From positions 14,729 to 78,728 of the IMG/VR virus record IMGVR_UViG_3300042503_000110: DNA of 64,000 nucleotides. One strand, 5' to 3'. The notes beneath the pieces are model-generated. The model saw only the letters and a list, made by a program, of their open reading frames with translations, did no database searches and was not told where the DNA came from. This document shows positions 28,101-34,853 of this stretch, in pieces. Every line of letters starts with the position of its first letter. Positions within the stretch are counted from its first letter, which is position 1. This stretch comes from a virus. The position numbers and the translations under genes were made by a program.

Positions 28101-31100
28101 GTAATCTGTGGCTACGAGCTAGTTAGGGGCAATCGTGTAGGTAATAAGTCTGTAGTAGCTAAAGGTCTTTTATATGATGTAGGGGAGTTTGAAGATACTT
28201 CTGGGGACGGAGTTGCCAAAAAGTACTACTATTCTAATTATCCCTATAACGATTTGCGTGTAGATCCATTTTTGCGCATAGACTCTAAATGGTACAATGA
28301 CAGTAGAGGACCGAGATTAGGTTGGCTAGGCATTCCGTTAGGAGGAAATGATTTAAACGACTCAATTGTACCAAGATTAAATGGATTTAAAACATACTCT
28401 GACAATGGTGGAAATAATAGATATACTTTTTACTCTCCAGACACTTCTTTCCAATATCCTAAGATTGGTACGGAACTAAAATTAGAGACCGTAGAATTTG
28501 GTAAAGTATTTGGGCACTTTGTTTCTGTACTTGAGCACCCAAGATATAGATTCTTAGATAAAGGGACATACTTTGACGCTGGGCTTTTAGCAGGTCTAAC
28601 TTCGGTAGACCTTGAAGGAGATACACAAGTTGACGCTAGTGTTACAGGCGGGCTTAGAAATACAGTACGTCCTGGTATTCGTTACGATAGGATGTTGGTT
28701 AACGAGCAGATTATTTTGGATATAGTAGAGAAACTTATTCCATTTGTAAACTTTGCCTACCAATATAACTCTATTGCAAACTACAATCAGTTTATTTCAA
28801 TAGATCCTCAGCGTACTTTAAGTCATCGTGGACAGTCTAGAAGATTTATTGAGTTAGGGTATTATGCAAATGAACGTATAGTTCAAGTATTTGATGATGC
28901 TCCTTTACACAATAGACTTAGAGAAACTTCAGTTTATCTTAAACTAAAAGATTTCTTACCTCAACACGAATCTCAAATCTTTGATGACAGTCGTTACTTA
29001 GCATCTGAGCACAGAGGTGCGCCTACTGACCTAAACGAAGACAAGAAAACTAGAGCATACTATGCCTCAGTTAAAAGACAATTCCCTAATCAGTACGGAG
29101 TAGTCGAGAATCTTAAGTACGTATCTACTGGATACAAGCAAGATGTTATCTTAGACATAAACGGAGAAGCGACTGTAGAGTACAAATACTATCCTGCATT
29201 TGGTGGAGATACTTATATTACTCCATTTGCTTTAAAACGTAAACACTCGTTCTTTACTCGTAACTTGGTAAACCTTCCAGCCAAAGTAGATGAGGTTCCT
29301 TTTGACTACTGGTTATTCCCTAACATGGCATATCCAACTTACTTTATAGGAACGTCTACTGAAGCTGCGGACATTACTGCAGTTGATTTTGCTACTGCAG
29401 CTGGTGTAATTATTCTTGGAATAACTGGAATTACTTTAGGTGCAAGTTTAACAGGTGCGGTAGCAGTAGTAGCATTAGTTGCAAGTAATGCACTAATTTT
29501 AACAGGAATTAATGCTTTGTGGTCAAAGTTTGTAAAGAAAACTGCACTAGACAAAAACCAACAGCATCGTTACTATAAAGATGGTATCTTCTACACAGCT
29601 TCTTACGGTATTCCTATTTTCTTTGTAGAGTCAGATGTTAACGTACACTTCCGTCACGGAAGAGATATGGACAAAGAAAACTTCTACCCTAACGTAGGTG
29701 GAGGTGTGCCTGATGAGTGGTTACAAGAAGCTACTGTACCAATTAAGTTTGATAACTTCTATCATTACAACGCGACTTACTCTGCACAGAATCAATCTCC
29801 TAACTTCCCTTACAAATTAAAGTACCCTAATCTTGAGTGTATTATTAATCATCAGAACAGAGTAATCTACTCTGACCAAGCAAGTGATTCTAATCTTACT
29901 TCAGATAAGTGGTTAGCTTTCCGCCCAGGTAACTTCTATGACTTCCCTAAACAAGGTGGTCGTTTGATTGACTTGAACGCAGGGGAGAGTGAAAGAGTAT
30001 ATGCTAGGTTTGAAAATACCACAAAGGTTTACAATGCACGTATTGTCCTTAGCTCTACTTCTCCTTACCAGTTAGAGATAGGTAACGCAGATATGTTTAA
30101 ACAGAAACCTGTAGACTTATCAGCAACTGACTTGGGCTATATTGGATCGCAGCACAAAGCGTACATACGTTGTGAGTACGGAACCTTCTGGGTAGACGCT
30201 AAACGTGGTCACGTATACCAAATCACAGGTGGAGGATTTAACGAGATTAAATCTGAACTTAACTACAATTGGTTCAAAGAAAATCTTCCTTTCCAAATCT
30301 TAAAAGATTTCCCTGAAGCAGATGTAGACAGTCCTTCTTTAGGTATTGGTATTGTAATGGGCTGGGACGAGAGATTTGAGCGTGTCTTTATCACTAAACT
30401 AGATTATAGAGTAAGACCTCAATATCTTCAAGGACCTGCTAAGATTGAATACATCACCGACAGATTAGATGCCGATTACAAGTACTATGTGTTGAACGAT
30501 AATGGAGTTAAGACTAGAGTAGACTTTAGCAATAAACTATACTTTGAGAATAAGTCGTGGACTGTAGCCTACAGCCCTAAGATGAAAAACTTTATCTCAT
30601 TCTACTCATTCTTACCGAACTTCTTTATTTCCCAACTAGGTAACTTCCAGACTATCATCACTACTCCTGCAGGTTCTTCTTTGTGGAATCATAACTTAAG
30701 TCCATACTTGTATCAGACTTATTATGGCAAACTATATCCTTACATCATAGAGTACTTAGTAAATACTATTCCGATGAATGGTAGCGTCACAAGTGTTTCT
30801 ATGATTCTAGATATCCAAGAGTACTTCTCTAAATACGAGTACTACTCATTAGGAACTACTAACAACAAGAATACTGCAAACTTCACAAAAGCGATTATCT
30901 ATAACAGAGAGCAGTCGTCAGGTATTATCAGCTTAGTTCCTGAGATTTACGGCAACACTCGTCAAAAGGTTTTGTATCCAAGAATGACAACTAACGGTAT
31001 TGAAACTCTTTTATCTAGAAGAGAAAACAAATACACGTTTAATGGCTTCTGGAACATAGCCGCACAAGCGAATGGTCAACCTCTTTGGACTACTAAGTGG

Positions 31101-31292
31101 GATGATTTACAGAACAACTACTTTATAGATAAACTACCAAACACAAAAGCTATTAGAAATTTAAGTATTGCTTATCAGAAAAATAAGATAAAGTCTGACT
31201 TTACGAAAGTTAGATTAATACAAGATAAGTATAATAGATATAAATTTGTGAATAATCTACAAATAACACAACTAAATAACACTACCTTATAA
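25116..31292 (+). CDS. Tail muzzle / stabilisation protein with Cys-rich PA14-like insertion
   Basis: 2058 aa; GLNLD..ALNA start, GQLKAGVYSFAIAY, YQRDEVYAFGI..HIPGR, IRHHKFPD, FGGDTYI, SWTVAYS..FYSFLP motifs of crAss muzzle proteins. Confidence 0.75.
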   Translation: MENKINQNLIGLNLDAITWQVKENQITWALNANIQAHDGDSITYTNEPGNTPCYSFTEGQLAGFKVVGFTNIVEQSKVILFLTHPDGRSRIGQITSINDSCLDIEITEKDCGCKEGTVITEGVVVSNLPNVEIIPTCPDGYYYDPADQLCKRIQYAQPEIQKETFVLTATNNSAFGFMNPVLYDEGWNSRGWGGNGSFNNGITRLTLPWWRFNGTPGNPGRINEIAVRISSGSVVNTWLSFTTTLCVAEEKVYYFAIAADNAFRAKLDGVTILDPTLSSLYDISGLEDQWRTNVFGSPTAVNADRIGYGMLHIYPLRLTAGNHILQLEYVDYGTPQMIAAEIYDNTHAEIIAATSIGDLDLIWTTDNQTQVESITAIDCPDGYTLGADEDCNLSCVLKIESEPTYVQSAPSCCKYEDIVVDDCQDICPDSCYEYVVGFIPNNATVVVDGVTTVIPDPVSSIEKTFSYVDCLGNPVSNFILGDNKRFTARKGTLELNHKRLIIFQETKVIDPATPTFSKDNCCLKFDIAFPINAEYRIDECETKIYYVGRNIPPRYFSIEYPYGRDSCGNSRDCIKDSCEDSKLFPDFCIPEVHATSVDSNGQLKAGVYSFAIAYADEQGIELTDYCDLTNPIPVFERSITEQTEYVTSKSISVQVQHKTRIFEYFNLVVAENVNTVTNYHLVGTYRVNQYTDQDTLTYTGDFKSTFSSIVPLIRSPHYETANIIEKQNDILMIADLEEFPKFNFQPFASKLNLFWETVEMPADNDLDYSSPEVAYFFRTYQRDEVYAFGIKFRLKNGKYTDVFHIPGRRPDSNDLELESSATNKDVFVAETDCLIPDSSPRWKVYNTAGFGGSVLKDPDLANDIEKQYNCAITVHERGQFAYWESIDVYPCYDEIWEQSTDPNAPYFNPDALAGKPIRHHKFPDSAISHIHGNKRLTTELFNDQIGNESTSVLYPVGVRLNEELIVALLNEKLPNGQYKHTVFDPINKKNVPIKDVICGYELVRGNRVGNKSVVAKGLLYDVGEFEDTSGDGVAKKYYYSNYPYNDLRVDPFLRIDSKWYNDSRGPRLGWLGIPLGGNDLNDSIVPRLNGFKTYSDNGGNNRYTFYSPDTSFQYPKIGTELKLETVEFGKVFGHFVSVLEHPRYRFLDKGTYFDAGLLAGLTSVDLEGDTQVDASVTGGLRNTVRPGIRYDRMLVNEQIILDIVEKLIPFVNFAYQYNSIANYNQFISIDPQRTLSHRGQSRRFIELGYYANERIVQVFDDAPLHNRLRETSVYLKLKDFLPQHESQIFDDSRYLASEHRGAPTDLNEDKKTRAYYASVKRQFPNQYGVVENLKYVSTGYKQDVILDINGEATVEYKYYPAFGGDTYITPFALKRKHSFFTRNLVNLPAKVDEVPFDYWLFPNMAYPTYFIGTSTEAADITAVDFATAAGVIILGITGITLGASLTGAVAVVALVASNALILTGINALWSKFVKKTALDKNQQHRYYKDGIFYTASYGIPIFFVESDVNVHFRHGRDMDKENFYPNVGGGVPDEWLQEATVPIKFDNFYHYNATYSAQNQSPNFPYKLKYPNLECIINHQNRVIYSDQASDSNLTSDKWLAFRPGNFYDFPKQGGRLIDLNAGESERVYARFENTTKVYNARIVLSSTSPYQLEIGNADMFKQKPVDLSATDLGYIGSQHKAYIRCEYGTFWVDAKRGHVYQITGGGFNEIKSELNYNWFKENLPFQILKDFPEADVDSPSLGIGIVMGWDERFERVFITKLDYRVRPQYLQGPAKIEYITDRLDADYKYYVLNDNGVKTRVDFSNKLYFENKSWTVAYSPKMKNFISFYSFLPNFFISQLGNFQTIITTPAGSSLWNHNLSPYLYQTYYGKLYPYIIEYLVNTIPMNGSVTSVSMILDIQEYFSKYEYYSLGTTNNKNTANFTKAIIYNREQSSGIISLVPEIYGNTRQKVLYPRMTTNGIETLLSRRENKYTFNGFWNIAAQANGQPLWTTKWDDLQNNYFIDKLPNTKAIRNLSIAYQKNKIKSDFTKVRLIQDKYNRYKFVNNLQITQLNNTTL

Positions 31293-31300
31293 CTACCGCT

Positions 31301-31681
31301 ATGGCAGAAAAAGAAATTTTCACAACAGTCCGTCCTGAATTAGTAATAGGCCAACTGTTCCAGTCTAGAGACACAATCCACATTGCGCATCTTCAGACCG
31401 TAAGTTATGCAGAGCATAAAGCTTTGAATGAGTACTATGACTCTTTACTAAATTTAACCGATGGTTTACTAGAAACTTATTTCGGCACAATCGGAAAAAG
31501 AATTAATATCAAGATCCCTGCGTCTGAGTACGTAAATCCACAGCAGCATCTTAAGCAGTTAATGGACTACGTTAAAAAGCACAGAGGGGTTTTTGGTATT
31601 GAGAATACTCATCTCCAAAACATCGTTGACGAAATCTTAGCTTTAATTGCTAAGACTTTGTATTTATTAACCTTATCATAA
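31301..31681 (+). CDS. Ferritin/Dps-like four-helix protein (DUF5856-like)
   Basis: HIAHLQT.SYAEHKAL.EYYD...D.L.E; LQNIVDEI...LYLLTL. Confidence 0.65.
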   Translation: MAEKEIFTTVRPELVIGQLFQSRDTIHIAHLQTVSYAEHKALNEYYDSLLNLTDGLLETYFGTIGKRINIKIPASEYVNPQQHLKQLMDYVKKHRGVFGIENTHLQNIVDEILALIAKTLYLLTLS

Positions 31682-31691
31682 AATCACGACA

Positions 31692-32582
31692 ATGAATAAC
31701 TTGTATAAAAACTACATGATGAAGAAGGGTGGGCAGTGGATTCAAGCTGCTATTAAAAAACCTGGTGCATTAACTAAGCAAGCAAAAGCTGCTGGTATGT
31801 CTGTTCCTGCTTTCAGAGAACAAGTATTAGCTAATAAAGAAGATTACTCTGGCACTACAGTACGTAGAGCTAATCTAGCTAAAACTTTATCTAAAATGAA
31901 AAAGGGACAAGGCGGTATGGAATTTAAAGATCCAATGGGTCCTGACCGTATGATGGGTGAGGCAGAGATGGTAGACAATAATTCTTTGACAGGAAGCGAG
32001 TTTGAAGTAGCTCCTTCTATTCAAGCCCTTGACCCTAATTTAGATTTTGCACGTCAAGATATTGCTAGCCTAGAAAAACAAGCAGAACGTGATAACGTAA
32101 AAACTTATCAAAGAATGCTTAATCAGAAGTATGGGGCTGGCTTATCAGAAGATGGTGCATGGGGTCCTAAAACTCAAGCTGCTTATGAGAAGTTTATTAT
32201 GGCTAAGAAAGCCGCTCCTGCAAGTAAAGAGCCTAACCCAATGACTAAGAATCCTGAAAGAGACTTACCTAATTTTGAGAGAATGTCTCCAATAGAGATT
32301 AAAGCTAAGAAGAAGGCTGAACCTATGACTTTATTGCCTAAGCGTCCTATTCCTCAGATTCAACCTACAATGAGTAACTTTATGAACAGCCCTGCTGCTA
32401 AATTTAACTCTCGTAGTTATTCTGACAATACCAGAGTAGCACCTGCCGCTAGACCAATGACTCGTACTGCGCCTGCTGCTAAACCTGCAAATCGTTTTGA
32501 CCGAACCACAATAGGACCAACTCCTAGCGGATACCGTTCTGTATTGTACGATCAGTTTCTACAAAGAAACAAATTAAAGTAA
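31692..32582 (+). CDS. Modular internal virion protein with peptidoglycan-binding-like domain
   Basis: Basic WIQAAIKKPGAL module; VKTYQRMLN..GLSEDGAWGPKTQAA PG-binding motif. Confidence 0.6.
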   Translation: MNNLYKNYMMKKGGQWIQAAIKKPGALTKQAKAAGMSVPAFREQVLANKEDYSGTTVRRANLAKTLSKMKKGQGGMEFKDPMGPDRMMGEAEMVDNNSLTGSEFEVAPSIQALDPNLDFARQDIASLEKQAERDNVKTYQRMLNQKYGAGLSEDGAWGPKTQAAYEKFIMAKKAAPASKEPNPMTKNPERDLPNFERMSPIEIKAKKKAEPMTLLPKRPIPQIQPTMSNFMNSPAAKFNSRSYSDNTRVAPAARPMTRTAPAAKPANRFDRTTIGPTPSGYRSVLYDQFLQRNKLK

Positions 32583-32585
32583 TCT

Positions 32586-34115
32586 ATGGAAATTAAAGCC
32601 TTATATAAAAAGTTCTTAAAGCACAAAGGAATCTCTGCGCCTAAAAATAAAGTGCAGAGTAAAAAACCTATCACCGTAAGTAATGTAGGATTGTGGGACA
32701 AAAGCAAAAAGAAAGTTATTGTTCCTTCTAACAGAATTACTATGAAAGGTCCCAAGGGCGAACAAGACTTTTTTAAAAGGCCTGTATTAGCTACTGGGTT
32801 GCAGTCAGGTAAACAAGTCTTGATGCAACCTGGTGGCGAATACTATTTTCCAGAAGATAAGCAGGTGTTTGAAAAGCGCATGCAGGGTGGTGGAACAGTT
32901 CAGACTAATATGCTTCAGCCTATTAAGAAAGACGAAGAGTCTCTTCCTGTTATTCTAGATTCTTTATTCTCTCAGTTTCAAAAAACCAAGCAAGAGTTTG
33001 GCGTAGAACCTGAAGAGCCTGAGACACCTTCTTTACAAACAGGAGGACACGTTATTCAGCCTGGAGAAACATTTTTTGGTATAGCTAATAAGTATAATTT
33101 AACTAAAGAGGATTTAATAGATGCCAATCCTGACGTAGATATAAATACTATTCAAATAGGCCAAAGTCTTAAAATTCCTGTAATAGAATCTGTAGGACAA
33201 GTAGAGATAAATGCTGCTGCTGCAAAAACTCCTACAAAATGGTTTGATTATGTTAACCCAATGAACTGGGGAGCACCGAATTATGATGATGCTGGAAACT
33301 TTAGACAAGCTTTTAGAAAAGCTAGAATTGAAGGAGAAAATGATTTTATGTGGTATGGAGATAGATATTCTTCTGACTTAGCTAATCTAGAAAATAAAAG
33401 ACAAGAGCTAGTAAAAGATATTGCAGAAGAAACTGAAACTTTAGAGCCTATTAAAACTAATAGACGTAAAGTTAATGAACAACTCCCCACATCTACTGGA
33501 ATTAACAACGACATTCTTTTACGCCAAGCATACAAAGAATCTACCTTTGATCCCAAAGCTCAGTCATCTGCAGGCTATATGGGATTGGCTCAGATTGGTG
33601 ACGAAGTTATTAAAGATTATAAAAAGGCTACAGGTGTTCAGAGTGTAGATGCTTATGATCCAGAACAAAACGCTGCTGTACAAAGATGGGCAATGAATCA
33701 AATTTATAACTCTGATTTTGTTAATAAAAAAAATCAGTCAGATGAGGTTCGATTAGCTAAAACATTGGCAAGTTACAATTGGGGTAAAGGAAATGTTAGA
33801 AATTATTTAAAAAGACAAAAAGCAAAAGGAGTTGATATTTACAATTCATTAGATTGGTTAGAAGAACTTCCACAAGAAACAAGGGACTATGTACATAAAA
33901 TACAATTAAGAGATGTTCCTGAGTTTGATATACAGTTTAACCAAGCTATAAAGAATAAAAAATATTCTCCTTACGTAGAATTATATCAGAATAAGGCAAA
34001 CGGAGGAATTATTAATACATTCCAAATGGGCGGCATGTCTATACCAGGAGTTAACGGGACTGTAATAGCCAATACTAATGCTCCATCTCTTTACAAAAAA
34101 TATAAACGTAAATGA
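32586..34115 (+). CDS. LysM + lytic transglycosylase (SLT) virion protein
   Basis: LysM HVIQPGETFFGIANKYNL..IQIGQSLKIP; SLT ES..PKAQSSAGYMGLAQI, SYNWG, ETRDYV. Confidence 0.8.
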   Translation: MEIKALYKKFLKHKGISAPKNKVQSKKPITVSNVGLWDKSKKKVIVPSNRITMKGPKGEQDFFKRPVLATGLQSGKQVLMQPGGEYYFPEDKQVFEKRMQGGGTVQTNMLQPIKKDEESLPVILDSLFSQFQKTKQEFGVEPEEPETPSLQTGGHVIQPGETFFGIANKYNLTKEDLIDANPDVDINTIQIGQSLKIPVIESVGQVEINAAAAKTPTKWFDYVNPMNWGAPNYDDAGNFRQAFRKARIEGENDFMWYGDRYSSDLANLENKRQELVKDIAEETETLEPIKTNRRKVNEQLPTSTGINNDILLRQAYKESTFDPKAQSSAGYMGLAQIGDEVIKDYKKATGVQSVDAYDPEQNAAVQRWAMNQIYNSDFVNKKNQSDEVRLAKTLASYNWGKGNVRNYLKRQKAKGVDIYNSLDWLEELPQETRDYVHKIQLRDVPEFDIQFNQAIKNKKYSPYVELYQNKANGGIINTFQMGGMSIPGVNGTVIANTNAPSLYKKYKRK

Positions 34116-34582
34116 AACAAATGATAAAACGTAAAGACGGATCATACTCACAACGTGGCTTGTGGGATAACATCCGCGCCAATCGTGGTTCAGGCAAAAA
34201 GCCTACTGCACAGATGCTTAAGCAAGAAAAGAAGATTAAAGCAGAGGAAAAGTCTAGCATGAAGTACGGAGGTCGTTTGTATAAATCTTATAAGCAAGGT
34301 GGTACTATTGCGCACACTACTAAAGGCCCTGGTGCAAACTACCGTCCTACTAAATCAGGAGCAGGGATGACTGCTAAAGGAGTAGCTGCATACAGAAGAG
34401 CAAATCCAGGTTCTAAACTACAAACAGCAGTAACAGGTAAAGTTAAACCAGGAAGTAAAGCTGCTAATCGTAGAAAATCATATTGTGCTCGTTCATTAGG
34501 ACAGTTAAGACAGGCTTCTGCTAAAACTAAAAACGATCCTAACTCAAGAATACGTCAGGCAAGAAGGCGGTGGAAATGTTAA
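34112..34582 (+). CDS. Highly basic small protein (DUF6321-like C-terminal domain)
   Basis: GLWDNIRA module plus GMTAKGVAAYRRANPGSKL..RRKSYCAR..DPNSRI..RRWKC. Confidence 0.6.
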   Translation: MKQMIKRKDGSYSQRGLWDNIRANRGSGKKPTAQMLKQEKKIKAEEKSSMKYGGRLYKSYKQGGTIAHTTKGPGANYRPTKSGAGMTAKGVAAYRRANPGSKLQTAVTGKVKPGSKAANRRKSYCARSLGQLRQASAKTKNDPNSRIRQARRRWKC

Positions 34583-34606
34583 TCATTAACTTTTAAAATT
34601 AATAAC

Positions 34607-34756
34607 ATGGCAACTAAATCAAAATCAACCAGCGTTTCTTCTTTATTTAAAGAGAAACCTAAAGTAAACAGACCAGGCGTACACGCTAAAACAAAAGCTT
34701 CTAAGTTGAAGCAGAGCAAGAACTACAAGAAAAGTTACAGGGGGCAAGGGAAATAA
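34607..34756 (+). CDS. Small basic protein ending YRGQGK (49 aa), absent from the ORF track
   Basis: MATKSKS...RPGVHAK...KNYKKSYRGQGK*; this C-terminus recurs in small phage proteins. Confidence 0.65.
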   Translation: MATKSKSTSVSSLFKEKPKVNRPGVHAKTKASKLKQSKNYKKSYRGQGK

Positions 34757-34773
34757 AATCCCTTGCTTTTTTT
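34744..34773 (+). terminator. Rho-independent terminator overlapping the next promoter
   Basis: GCAAGGGA-aataaaa-TCCCTTGC then T7. Confidence 0.75.
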
Positions 34774-34792
34774 GCTTTATAAAGTATATTTG
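34763..34792 (+). promoter_or_regulatory. Bacteroidota-type promoter for cargo genes
   Basis: TTG 34763-34765, N19, TATATTTG 34785-34792. Confidence 0.75.
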
Positions 34793-34853
34793 TAATTACC
34801 TATAATATAATGAGTTATTAACTTTTAATGTTATAACTATAAAAATTAATCCA

